In this document: positions 1 through 10,300 of the stretch, in pieces | Numbering within the stretch: the first letter of the stretch is position 1 | Layout: the number at the start of each line of letters is the position of its first letter | NCBI GenBank assembly: GCA_049964835.1 | Contig: JBMFWW010000003.1 | Coordinates: 18,470-58,170 of the forward strand | Direction: 5' to 3' | DNA: 39,701 bases | Origin: Candidatus Micrarchaeia archaeon | GTDB lineage: Archaea > Micrarchaeota > Micrarchaeia > Micrarchaeales > CABMGC01 | Notes under the pieces: generated by a model | Database searches by the model: none | Seen by the model: only the letters and a program-made list of their open reading frames with translations | What the model was told of the DNA's origin: nothing | Program-made: the position numbers and the translations under genes

Positions 1-627
1 ATTAATTTCTATATCTTCTATTAGTTGTGAAGCTAATATTATACCTACCGAGTATTTTCTTCCCTCTCTTATTATAGTTTCTATTCCAGAATTATTAAAG
101 ATCATCTTCCATGCTTCATCAATTATTATGAAGAATTTTTTATTTTTATTTACACCCCTAGTTCTCATGAATAATACTAAAGATGATAGAATCTCTTTAC
201 CCGCTTCTATCTTCTTTTTTTCATTTAATGAATCAAGAGAGGCATAAAACAGTTTATTTAGCTTATCCTTATCCGCTTCTATTATCGATTCGTATGAATA
301 TTTTTTGGCCATTACAAAATCTGCAAAGACCTTATACTCACCTGTAAAATCAATTAGTAGTATGATAGAATCTATAAATGCATAAAGTTTAAGCATTAGA
401 TTTTTTACCATAAATGTTTTACCGCTGCCAGTCATACCTACAACAAAGATATGTGGATTCATTAAATACTCAAAATCTAGAAAAAATGGTTTTGATAAAT
501 TAGAGGAAGATCCAAGATATATGCCTGAAGACGATTTTGAGTATATGATCTCAGATTTTTCTTCTGATTCTGATGGTATTACTATCAAATTAGACAGATT
601 TACACTTCCGAGTACCTTTCCTTTCAT
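1..627 (-). CDS. VirB4/CedB/HerA-family P-loop ATPase (3' end outside the window)
   Basis: Not in the ORF track; translated by hand from ATG at 627: MKGKVLGS...GIYLG...PFFLD..LMNPHIFVVGMTGSGKT (Walker A)...LIDFTGEY...FFIIIDEAW (Walker B)...REGRKY...LASQ. The frame is open to the window edge. Confidence 0.9.
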   Translation of the reverse strand, partial: MKGKVLGSVNLSNLIVIPSESEEKSEIIYSKSSSGIYLGSSSNLSKPFFLDFEYLMNPHIFVVGMTGSGKTFMVKNLMLKLYAFIDSIILLIDFTGEYKVFADFVMAKKYSYESIIEADKDKLNKLFYASLDSLNEKKKIEAGKEILSSLVLFMRTRGVNKNKKFFIIIDEAWKMIFNNSGIETIIREGRKYSVGIILASQLIEDIEIN

Positions 628-631
628 TTAA

Positions 632-1351
632 TCACTTGAATAGAGAAAGAAGCGTTTCTCCGCTTAATACTTCATAGTCTAACTTTAACGCGGCAGAAAA
701 AGAATCTGCTACGCGATACAACGTTTTTAATGATTGTGATGATGCTTCAGATTCAGAGTCTGAAGAGCCGAATGCCTTTATCAATAATAGAACATCATAC
801 GCTTTTCCAGATAAGCGAATGTTCTCTATCTCTCCGGTTATTATATCAATTTCTCTTCTTAATGCACTTATTTTATCATATTTACCATCCTTTATTTTGG
901 TTAGCTGTATTTCTTTCATCTTTTTCTTTGTTTCCAAAGGTTCTATTATTCTCTTTTTATCTATCTCTGAACAAAAAATAGAAAATTCAAATGGTTCGTG
1001 TATGCTCTCTATTAAAGATTTTATCGATTCTGATGAAATATTAGCTTGCCCATTCTGCCTAATTGAAGCAACAGACACTCCTTTATAAAAATCGTTATCT
1101 TTTTTAACTACAGATAAGAGATTTTGGCTGAGAACGTAGTTGTTTGCTATTTCTATTATCATTGATTTTTTAATTAGTAAATTATTTATTATATGACCAG
1201 AATGAAGATATAAAATTGAAAGTAAAAGAAATAATGAAGAAATTATTATAATATATAAATAACCGGTAAATAAGCTTATTAATAGAAAAATTATGCTTGT
1301 GGCGTATAGGCCATAAAAGTATAATTTTTTATTTAAATCGCTTTCATCCAT
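632..1351 (-). CDS. Membrane-anchored coiled-coil protein, possible detached N-terminal/accessory part of the VirB4-like ATPase
   Basis: Two N-terminal TM helices and a charged coiled-coil (KISALRREIDIITGEIENI). Stop is 4 bp before the ATPase ATG. ATG 1351 follows GTGA (ORF track starts at GTG 1360). Confidence 0.7.
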   Translation of the reverse strand: MDESDLNKKLYFYGLYATSIIFLLISLFTGYLYIIIISSLFLLLSILYLHSGHIINNLLIKKSMIIEIANNYVLSQNLLSVVKKDNDFYKGVSVASIRQNGQANISSESIKSLIESIHEPFEFSIFCSEIDKKRIIEPLETKKKMKEIQLTKIKDGKYDKISALRREIDIITGEIENIRLSGKAYDVLLLIKAFGSSDSESEASSQSLKTLYRVADSFSAALKLDYEVLSGETLLSLFK

Positions 1352-1359
1352 TCCTATCA

Positions 1360-2415
1360 CTATAGTATATCAAATTTTCCAAAAAATGCTTCCGAACCCA
1401 AAATTGAGGATAGTTCTCTTATTGAAATTCCAGTTAAAATAAGACTAAAAATAGGCAGAATAAATGTATATAGTATTAGATAAGCGATAATACCAAAAAT
1501 TGTATTTAATAAGTTAGTTATTGAATTTACTAGTGAGGTAACGCCTCCAGTTATTGCATTTAGTATTACGTTTGTATTTGTGTAATTACTGTTTTGTGCT
1601 TCTTGACGTGAAGATAGTAATGTGTTTTGTAAACTTGAAGTTGATAATGTAATTTCTGATAAAGAGGTAGAATTTAGTGTGCTAGTATATGAAGATGCCA
1701 TGCTAGCATTTAAAACGTATGACAATGGAAGTACTACATACAAACCGATTGCAACTGCCATTAAGAAACCGCCTAGTTTTCTAGTAGGATAAAATGCTCT
1801 TAGTATTATTCCACTAGGTAATATTATAGTAAGGGCCGAGAACGCTATGAATAGAAGTAGCGAAGACTGTACAAGAGCGCTTATCGCTAGAGTACTTAAT
1901 ATTCTTAATATATACTGTATCTGACTTATTATTGGATTTACTATAGAGGATAAAGAAATTGTAACTATTACCAGATCTATTTTTGTTGAGCCTATAATTC
2001 CAAGACCAGTATTAACCGATACTAAACCAATAATTAACCCAGTAATAGTTGATAATACAGAAAGGTGTTGAGATCCATCAAAAGTATATGGGACTGTGCC
2101 TGTAAGATAGTTATTTGCAAGACAAATCGCGGGATTTTGTGCAAGTATTGAACTACAACTTATAGTAGTATTTTTTGTTAAAGTAAGCTGATTTATTAGA
2201 ACCCCTAATGCGCCACTACTTGAAAAAAGAAGGAATATACTACCAACTATTATTCCATTAAATATTGACTCGTATAACTCATTTTTGCCAAATTCTTTAA
2301 GTCTTTTTTCACTTAGCGCGTATCCAAGACCTAATGAAATCCCACTTATTGATAGCATTATTGCTATTAGATATATGACTATAGTATAATTATAAAAATT
2401 AAATCCGAAAGACAA
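1360..2415 (-). CDS. CedA/VirB6-like polytopic membrane protein
   Basis: About 6-7 hydrophobic segments. LGYAL..KRLKEFGKNELYE and GIILRAFYPTRKLGGFLMAVAIGLYVVLP resemble CedA-type segments from memory. TTG start after GGTG; in an operon with the ATPase. Confidence 0.65.
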   Translation of the reverse strand: MSFGFNFYNYTIVIYLIAIMLSISGISLGLGYALSEKRLKEFGKNELYESIFNGIIVGSIFLLFSSSGALGVLINQLTLTKNTTISCSSILAQNPAICLANNYLTGTVPYTFDGSQHLSVLSTITGLIIGLVSVNTGLGIIGSTKIDLVIVTISLSSIVNPIISQIQYILRILSTLAISALVQSSLLLFIAFSALTIILPSGIILRAFYPTRKLGGFLMAVAIGLYVVLPLSYVLNASMASSYTSTLNSTSLSEITLSTSSLQNTLLSSRQEAQNSNYTNTNVILNAITGGVTSLVNSITNLLNTIFGIIAYLILYTFILPIFSLILTGISIRELSSILGSEAFFGKFDIL

Positions 2416-2426
2416 TATTACACCTT

Positions 2427-2828
2427 CTAACCAGAACTTGCATTTATTATTGAATTTACAGTAGAGTTAGTCAATAGATGTGTTGAAGCTACAGCAAGAC
2501 CAGTAGATGCTACGGACAAAACAGCAACTATTATTGCGCCTATTATTATGTCTATTGATGCGCTATGGAATGTTGCTCGCTTATATGTAGGAAAAAGCTG
2601 ACCGATCGCATAGAATATTCCTGCAAGTATGAAAAGTACTGCGCTTAGAGTAGGTCCTATTTGTGCAAGAATATTTTGCACACTGCCTAAAGTAGAAACT
2701 ATGTCAAATGCATAATTTATACTTGAAGCAGATATAGTTCTACTAGCAAATAGAAAAACAAAAACTAGTAGAGGTATTTTTATAATACCAAATTTTCCCA
2801 CAAAATCACCGATATATCTTTTATTCAT
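2427..2828 (-). CDS. TrbC/VirB2/CedA1-like pilin
   Basis: 133 aa: signal-like N-terminus, then two hydrophobic helices (IGPTLSAVLFILAGIFYAIG; IIIGAIIVAVLSVAS) joined by a short basic loop. First gene of the operon. Confidence 0.6.
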   Translation of the reverse strand: MNKRYIGDFVGKFGIIKIPLLVFVFLFASRTISASSINYAFDIVSTLGSVQNILAQIGPTLSAVLFILAGIFYAIGQLFPTYKRATFHSASIDIIIGAIIVAVLSVASTGLAVASTHLLTNSTVNSIINASSG

Positions 2829-2975
2829 ATATATAACCTTATATCTATGTATATGAATTATTACTTAAATAAATATTTAAATCTTTTGGTAAATATATAA
2901 AATAAGATATTTTCTATAAATAAGGTAAATAGAAAGGAATAAAACATATTGTTCATAATTATATTTGGCGATTGA

Positions 2976-3395
2976 GTGCATAGATATGTAAAAGGAGCAC
3001 GTAGTGAAAGGGAGTTACTTAATATATTTTATAGTAAAGGCTACTCTGTACTTAGAAGTGCAGGATCAGGAGTAAATGCATTAGGGCCAGATATAATAGC
3101 AATTAAGAATAAAGTATGTATAGCAATAGAGTGCAAGGCTTGGGAAAAGAATAGGTTAAGCATTGATAATGATGCTTATCAAAAACTTTTCGAATGGGAA
3201 CAGAATACAAAATTCCCTACATTTATAGCCTGGAGGATGAATAATAAAGGTTGGTTTTTTGTTAAACTTGATGAATTAAAAAAAGGGGAAAAGGATTATA
3301 GTGTAACTAGAATAAAAGCTATTGAAACAAATAGAGTTTTAGACAATATACTAATAGAACTAAGCGAAATAATGTCCTCTACGAAGAGTAATTAA
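2976..3395 (+). CDS. hjc: Archaeal Holliday junction resolvase Hjc
   Basis: KGARSEREL...GYSVLRSAGSG...PDIIA...IECK (PD-(D/E)xK Hjc signature). Confidence 0.92.
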   Translation: MHRYVKGARSERELLNIFYSKGYSVLRSAGSGVNALGPDIIAIKNKVCIAIECKAWEKNRLSIDNDAYQKLFEWEQNTKFPTFIAWRMNNKGWFFVKLDELKKGEKDYSVTRIKAIETNRVLDNILIELSEIMSSTKSN

Positions 3396-4209
3396 GTCCC
3401 AATTTGTTACCGTTTTTTTTAAGCCACATAACTTTTTCTTTATAATCTGGACATGCTTTCGATACATTTGCCCAGAAACTCTTTGAATGACTTGAAAAAG
3501 GTATATGTGAAAGTTCATGTATTATAACATATTTTATAACGTCTTCAGGAGCAAGTAAAAGTTTGAAGCTTAGATATATATTTCGTGTGCGTCTGCCATA
3601 ACTCCCCCATAGAGTATTCTGATTATGTATTGATATATTGTTAAATTCATAATTGTAATGGCTTTTATTTATCTGATTTGCCATTTCCTTTATTTTTGGA
3701 AGAAGAGTTTTTGTAATTCTTTTTTTGAATATTTTCGTAGCTTCCTTTTCTAGGTTAGTTTCAAGAACATTTTTTGAGAGGAATATTTCAATTAAGTTAC
3801 TAGTTATGTGAAGCTTTGACCTATTATTTTGTGACCGTATTAATTTTATATCATAAGATTGACCTAAAAGCGATATCTTTGAATTATCTTTTATAATTAG
3901 AGAGCTATTTTTCATAAGATTGAGTTCTGTCGGATTAATCTGTTCTAACTTTTTAATAAGTTTTGATTTTATCCTCTCAGCCACTTTTATCTTTGCTTTA
4001 TTATTGAGTTTTCTTGGAACTCTTATTATTATAGTATCTTCTTTAAGTCTTGCGGATATGGTATTTCCAATAACTTCTACTAGTAAGGTTTTGAACGCAA
4101 CACCATTTATTAAAACACTGTCGTTTTTATAACTATTAGAGGTGTTGTTAACAGAATCTCTTTGGTAAATGCCAGTTATGTAATCAAGTATGGCTATTAT
4201 TACACCCAT
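3379..4209 (-). CDS. YgjP-like (DUF45) zinc metallopeptidase-fold protein
   Basis: WGS motif, IYLSFKLLLAPEDVIKYVIIHELSH (HExxH), HSKSFW..V...CPDY. Confidence 0.88.
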   Translation of the reverse strand: MGVIIAILDYITGIYQRDSVNNTSNSYKNDSVLINGVAFKTLLVEVIGNTISARLKEDTIIIRVPRKLNNKAKIKVAERIKSKLIKKLEQINPTELNLMKNSSLIIKDNSKISLLGQSYDIKLIRSQNNRSKLHITSNLIEIFLSKNVLETNLEKEATKIFKKRITKTLLPKIKEMANQINKSHYNYEFNNISIHNQNTLWGSYGRRTRNIYLSFKLLLAPEDVIKYVIIHELSHIPFSSHSKSFWANVSKACPDYKEKVMWLKKNGNKLGLNYSS

Positions 4210-4214
4210 TTACA

Positions 4215-4820
4215 TTATGAGAGACTTATTGCTATTGGACATTCTGAGTAATAAGCAGCATTTCCGTATACAGTCATATGATATGCGGTTATTTGAGAAT
4301 AATTTGAGTTGCTATAATTTAGAGATATGCTAGGCTCTGATGCTATATCCTTTTCACAGTTTGTTGCATTTGTATTTACTGGATTTAGAACATGACCTAA
4401 GCCATTAGGAGCGTATGTACAGCTTGTTGCATTTACAACATAAAAATCAATGGTGCTAGCATTTCTTTTGTTAGAAGATACTATAGTATCTATAACACCA
4501 GTAGCGCACTGTGAAATATAAGAATAGGTACTGCTATTTATAAACTGTGAAACTACTGCGACTCTTTGAGCAGAATTGAAATTAGATTTAAATGTTGAAA
4601 AGGATGTTGTATAGTAATTAGAGGTCAGATAATACCAGATTGTGGCTATAATTATTATTATAATAATTACCGCAACCGCTGAAATAAGTACAGACTTTGA
4701 TACATTTCTTTGCTTATCTTTATCCTTTGTTTTTGAGCTTTTTGAATCTGAACTAACCTTCACCGCATTCTCCTCCTTATCTAGAGTATTCTTTTCTGAT
4801 TTTTTTGAAGACTTTGCCAT
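4215..4820 (-). CDS. Single-TM surface protein with a 4-Cys extracellular domain
   Basis: Lys-rich cytoplasmic N-terminus, one TM helix, and an N-x-S/T-rich C-terminal domain similar to the C-terminus of the upstream 703-aa protein. Confidence 0.8.
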   Translation of the reverse strand: MAKSSKKSEKNTLDKEENAVKVSSDSKSSKTKDKDKQRNVSKSVLISAVAVIIIIIIIATIWYYLTSNYYTTSFSTFKSNFNSAQRVAVVSQFINSSTYSYISQCATGVIDTIVSSNKRNASTIDFYVVNATSCTYAPNGLGHVLNPVNTNATNCEKDIASEPSISLNYSNSNYSQITAYHMTVYGNAAYYSECPIAISLS

Positions 4821-4825
4821 TTATA

Positions 4826-6937
4826 TCACTTTATAAAGAATGAACCATAACATGAGTTCATTACTTGATCGCCACCATTTATTGATAATAAAGTACCATA
4901 CATAGAGTAAAGGTTTATTGAAGATGTGTTTGAAGTTGTCAATAATACTACAGGTATGCCTGTTCTTGCAAATGAATTCATACAGTCGCTTACATTTGAT
5001 AGCCCAGGAGTACAGGAGTTTCCTGAAAATTTGTATATCTTAGATATGTAGCCTTCTGATTTTGCAGTATTATTTATCTCTGTGGCACATAATGAAGCAG
5101 AGGTACTATCGGTATTATTTATCACAATAATAAGTGAATGTGAAGAGGATAATGCAGATTTAAATGAGGATAAAGATGAGGTACCATTTGCTGAAGATGC
5201 TATGAAGTAAGTAAGCAATACATATACTAATACAAGTACTATTATCAAGATGAACAATAAGTGCCAGTTCTTTATTGTTTGATTTGATATTCTTATCTTT
5301 TTAGATGATTTTAGTTTTATATACAATAAGAAGATTAAGAGTAGTATTATCAAACCTATTATCAATGAGAATAGTGCGGACAGCAATGGAGCGGATGATA
5401 CTGTTTGTGCATAATTAAGATTTAAAGCACCAGACATTAATGTTACAAATGGACCGTCTATTGCCCTTGATAATGACTGCAAACTAAGATCAGGGCCATT
5501 AACATATGAAATGTTTCCAGATATCTGATTTAAAGATTTGTTTATTGAAGAGGTATTTGAAAGTTGCGAATCTAGCTGTGTGTTTATTTTATTTTCTTCA
5601 AAAGAATAATTAGCTAATTGTACAGAATATGGAGAAGATAATTGCGCACCTATAAGTAAAGCAGTATTATTTTGGGCTTTGCTTAGTATGCTTGAATATG
5701 TTTTATTTAACAAAGTATACATATTATTAACTGTATTTAATTCTGATGAAAGTTTCTTCGAGTAGTTAGTTATATTAAGTGTGAGATAATCTTGCTCTAA
5801 TGTTTTATAATTATTTTCAAGCAGAGTTAATTTTTCAGACAAATTACTATTAGAGATATGAGAGAGTAGCATTTGAGCATTTTCAACGGTTTTATTGTAA
5901 TTTGATAAAGTAGTATTTATTACGCTTTCATAAACAGATGACTTCTGTGATTTTAATTTAGGCACAATATATAGATCTTCATATGATGATACATTCATAG
6001 CCACTTGGTTTATCTTCTCTTGTGTAGGCACCTTTGCATTTATACTATTTAGAACGGCATTTAGATTGCTTAACATTGTATAATTATATGAAAGAAATTC
6101 ACAGTATCCTATTGCATTACAATACCATGGACCAGAACTTGACGAGATATTGAAATTTGCTCCGCCTGCCTGATTACAAAGTGCGAGATCAGAGTTTTGT
6201 GTTGGAGGAAATATGGGATTCTGGTATAAATTTTGTGTAATCTGCGATATATTATTGTATGCCGCAGTAACCATCTGTGCATCTAAATCTATTTTAGAGT
6301 AATTATAAGTAGAAAGATTACTTTCATTAGTATATCTGTAAAAAATGCTAAGGTTATTCTGTAACGCATAGTAAGACTGTTCAAATGACATTATACCTTC
6401 CCCTAATACTCCAGTTGGACCGTTTGTTGCGTATAAGACTTTATTACAAGCAGGTACTAATGCACAAGATTGACAGTAATTAGAAACTGTACATGTTGCA
6501 CGATTTATTCCAGTTTCAACTATACAATCAGATAGTGGCGCGGCTGAGGTCTCCATATATGCAGTTACTCCTTGTTCTAATTGATTATAATTTATCTGCT
6601 TTATAAGAAGCTGAACAGTTTCATTCTTTATTATCTGCGATATTGAAGTAGCATTTAATACAAAGTTGTAGTTACCGGTTATTGAAGTATTTATTAAAAA
6701 ATATGGATTACTTCCTTGATAAACTATTGTGTAATTGTTATTTCCATATGTAACATTTACAAATGAAAATGAAGATATTAAAGAGTTTGAAACATTGTAA
6801 GATTTGAGCAAGGAAACTAGTTGCGTTGAAGATGTAGATGCACCCAAAGAGAAAATAAACATAAGAGAAAATATGAAAATTCCAAGTGGCAATATATTTA
6901 AAGGTCGTGACATTTTATCAATATTCATTAGTAACAA
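4826..6937 (-). CDS. Large secreted/membrane glycoprotein with a Cys cluster and long helical region
   Basis: Signal peptide, Cys cluster (CIVETG..ATCTVSNYCQSCALVPAC), heptad-like helical stretch, two TM helices, C-terminal 4-Cys domain, many sequons. Start may be a downstream ATG. Confidence 0.8.
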   Translation of the reverse strand: MLLMNIDKMSRPLNILPLGIFIFSLMFIFSLGASTSSTQLVSLLKSYNVSNSLISSFSFVNVTYGNNNYTIVYQGSNPYFLINTSITGNYNFVLNATSISQIIKNETVQLLIKQINYNQLEQGVTAYMETSAAPLSDCIVETGINRATCTVSNYCQSCALVPACNKVLYATNGPTGVLGEGIMSFEQSYYALQNNLSIFYRYTNESNLSTYNYSKIDLDAQMVTAAYNNISQITQNLYQNPIFPPTQNSDLALCNQAGGANFNISSSSGPWYCNAIGYCEFLSYNYTMLSNLNAVLNSINAKVPTQEKINQVAMNVSSYEDLYIVPKLKSQKSSVYESVINTTLSNYNKTVENAQMLLSHISNSNLSEKLTLLENNYKTLEQDYLTLNITNYSKKLSSELNTVNNMYTLLNKTYSSILSKAQNNTALLIGAQLSSPYSVQLANYSFEENKINTQLDSQLSNTSSINKSLNQISGNISYVNGPDLSLQSLSRAIDGPFVTLMSGALNLNYAQTVSSAPLLSALFSLIIGLIILLLIFLLYIKLKSSKKIRISNQTIKNWHLLFILIIVLVLVYVLLTYFIASSANGTSSLSSFKSALSSSHSLIIVINNTDSTSASLCATEINNTAKSEGYISKIYKFSGNSCTPGLSNVSDCMNSFARTGIPVVLLTTSNTSSINLYSMYGTLLSINGGDQVMNSCYGSFFIK

Positions 6938-6982
6938 ATATTTAAATACTTAATTAATTTCGTAGGTAATTGATAGTAATAG

Positions 6983-7032
6983 AAATTTGATATCTGCGCA
7001 TAGCGCACATACTAAATTTATCGATAAATTTA
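6983..7032. promoter_or_regulatory. Two overlapping palindromes, putative operator sites
   Basis: 6983-7019 is an imperfect inverted repeat centred on TGCGC-ATA-GCGCA. 7013-7032 is a perfect 20-bp palindrome, TAAATTTATCGATAAATTTA. Confidence 0.5.
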
Positions 7033-7258
7033 TTAAAAGTTAGTCAGGTATTGAAAACAATTTTCTTATTTATTTTATTTTTCTTTGTTTTTAATATAAT
7101 AATATAATCGGAAAAGAAGAAAGCACATTTCAAACTCTCTATTTTTATTGAGAAAAATACTTTCTTTGGATAAAGAAATATATTCAATAATTAATAAACT
7201 TTTGATATTTTGATTTTAAAAAGCAAAAGAAGAATTAAAATGAATAAAAAGATAAATA

Positions 7259-7315
7259 GTGGTTTCCCACCGGATAAAAAGAAAAAGAAACGCCGAAAAG
7301 GCAAAAAAAACAATA
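7259..7315 (-). terminator. Probable terminator / 3' structure of the S-layer mRNA
   Basis: On the minus strand after the stop: T8, hairpin GCC-TTTTC-GGC, oligo-T runs, then hairpin GTGG-GAAA-CCAC. Confidence 0.55.
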
Positions 7316-7345
7316 AACCATTAAGCCTTATGTGTAGCTAACCGA

Positions 7346-10300
7346 TTATGAGGATGCTGCGTCTTGTAACAACTGATTTATGAATGAGTTTCCTGCATTC
7401 ACTGTTTGCTGTGCTGTGTATCCTGCTACTAGTATCTTGTTTCCATACGCTTGCACTATCGTTGAGTTTGGACCGAACGAAGACTGCAATGATGGGTTTG
7501 CATTGAAGATACTTTGTGCTACAGAGTTAACATAGCCGCTTCCTATTACAATCAAATTTGTTGAGTTGTTTGCGTTGCTGTCAAGTACTGCTATAGGTGT
7601 TGTTACTGTATTCAATGGTGAACCAACTACTGCTGATGCTGCTGATGGTACTGCAGTTAGATTTTTCAAGCCTGTTACATTACAGCTCGTTGTTGAGAAC
7701 GAACATGTTGCGTTAACTTTGCCGATTGTTACGTTTGGTATGTTTGTTGCTTGACCTACTGTGTATGGACCATACATCTTTACAGTTGATGCATTTATTG
7801 TATTACCATTTGAAGCTCCAACAAGGAATTCAAGACCATCTACACTCTTTGGTTCGTAGTATGTTATTGATGATGTTCCTATTGATCCTACTTCGCCACC
7901 ACGTTCTGTTCTAAAGCCTTGTACTGCTTTTGTCAAAACATTCTGTGAGCTTTGGTACTCAACTGCATTGTTGTTTCCATTCGTTTCGTTCAACCAATAC
8001 AATGGTGCTGTTGATGTAACGGATGAGCTGTTTGTCAAACCAACGATTATATTTGCGTTAGGTGTTGAGCTTGAGCCCACTGTTATCTCTGGCATAGTAT
8101 AATTGAAGTACTGTCCTCTTGCTACTGTGTTGCCTGGTGTTGTAGATACTCCTAATGCGAAGTTTACATTGTTCTGTTCGCCTGTGTAGGTTGCGGTATC
8201 AACATTTGGTGCAATGTAATAAGAGTACTGTGGTACCTTGTACAACAACGTTGGAGTGCTTGCTGGATTTAATGTTCCAAGTAGAAGATCGTTTCCTCCT
8301 GAACCAGTTGTTATTGGTGCTAATGTATTTGCAGTTTCATACACAAGAACATTTGCTCCTGGTGCTGGAAGCGCCATTCCCAACTGTATGTTTGTTGCAT
8401 TTGTTAGGTAATCTCCCTGCAACGTCTGTGTATTAAATCCGTTAAATGACACAGAGTATGTTGTGGTTGAGGTTGATCCTACCTGTCTGTAACCTGTTAC
8501 ATATACAGTTAATGGATTGCTTGAAGTAACGTAGTTTCCGTTAACTCCGTTGTTCTGCAATACAAATACCAATCCGCCTGATGGACCTGCAATTAAATTT
8601 GCTATACCTGCTGCGTCTACAGCATTAGATGCAGAGAAGGTGTATGGATTAAGGTTGTAATCCAAAGTTTGCAAGTTAGAGGTTGGTGCTGCATAGCTTG
8701 CTGAATTTATCTGGAATGCTGTTGGTATTGAACTTGAGACTTGGAAGATATTAACAGGTTCTGTAACGGTTGTTTCGTTTATCGCCTTCAATGAATTTGG
8801 TGTTCCTGGTGTAACAACATTAAGTGTGTTAAAGCTATAAACGTTTGGGGTTACTAAACCAGTTTGGCCGTTTGAATAAGTCCATGCACTTCCGCCTCCG
8901 TTGTTTGTTGACAATTGCAAAGCATCATAGTTTGCATTTCCGCTGCTAGGTGCTCCTAGTGAGTCTCCAACGAAGTTAACATTCCACTTTGCAGGATTTG
9001 TTATGTACGTCATACTTGAACCAGGTGTTAAGGTTTGCTGGTTTGACTGGTTTGAGTACAGTATTATGCCCTGAAGTGCTCCGTTATATGAGTTTTCATC
9101 TGCAGTATTCGACTGGTTTGTAGTCCATCTTAATGCAGCTAGCCAGTTGTTTCCATTTGCAGAGTTAAAGTTCTGTCCGCTCTTTACCGTAAAGGTATTT
9201 GAGAAGAGCTGGATCTTTGCCCACTTCTGGTACGCATACAAACCTGGGAAGGTCTGTGATACATCTATGTACAACTTTGTGCCTGATGCATTTACAACTA
9301 CATTGTCATTTGATGCAGGACCTGCTGATGTTACATTTGTTAATACACCATTTTTGTATATTGACAAAGCAGCATCTGACAAACCATTTGAGTTAGGATA
9401 TGACAAGTCAGAAAGTACCACCTTGAATGGACCTGTTGAGATATTCTGTCCTACGTATATAGTTTCTACTGGTGTAGATGACTGTGCAAAGGTTGCACTT
9501 CCTCCTACAATAAAGTTGCTTGATGAAACGCCTGTCATTGCAGGAATTGACATGTTATATACAGTCCAGTTTTCTCCTAATAATGAGAACTGAGCAGATA
9601 TCTTACCTGTTGAGGTTGTGTTCTGTATTGGATTGCCAAATGTTATTTGGTATGCGCCGTTTGTGTCAAGAACAGATAACTGACCAGTGTTCTGATCATA
9701 TACTGGGAACCCTGCTAGCCATAATGACTCTGATTCCTGATATGTTCCTGCGCTTGAAAGCAATCCAGGAACCTGGGAGCTTGTAAGCTGCAAGATATTA
9801 TCAAATCCATTGTTTGTAAACCTTGTGAAGGTTACACCGCCTCCGTTGTTTGTTGCTGAAACTGAGGTTGATGGAGAAATTCCGCTGCTTATTCCAGTAT
9901 ACACTGAAGTAGCTGTAGGTGTGCTTGTTATTGGGTATGGAGATGTTGTTGAGTCTGGATAGTCAAAACTTCCTGATGTACTTAATATACTCTTTGTATT
10001 TTCAAGATTTCCAGAGCTTAGTACGCCAGGGTTCAACACTGATCCTATCAATGCACTGAATGAGTAAGATCCTGCTGGAACTACTAATCCTTTTTCGCCT
10101 AAGTAAACCTGTTGGTTTGACAATGTACAAGTAGGGGTTGTTACTACACAGCTTATTCCACTTCTGCCACTTACGTATGCAGTTATGTTTTGGGTTGTGT
10201 GCGCTAAACTTCCTATTACTGCAGCAATGTTTGCAGCAACTACACCGTCACTAGGTTTTGCCTGGGATCCTACTACAATCTGAACAACTGGTTGTCCTTG

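Noticed and set aside
3379-4209. YgjP-like gene as part of a type I restriction/defence locus
   Set aside because: No hsd or other defence genes are adjacent.
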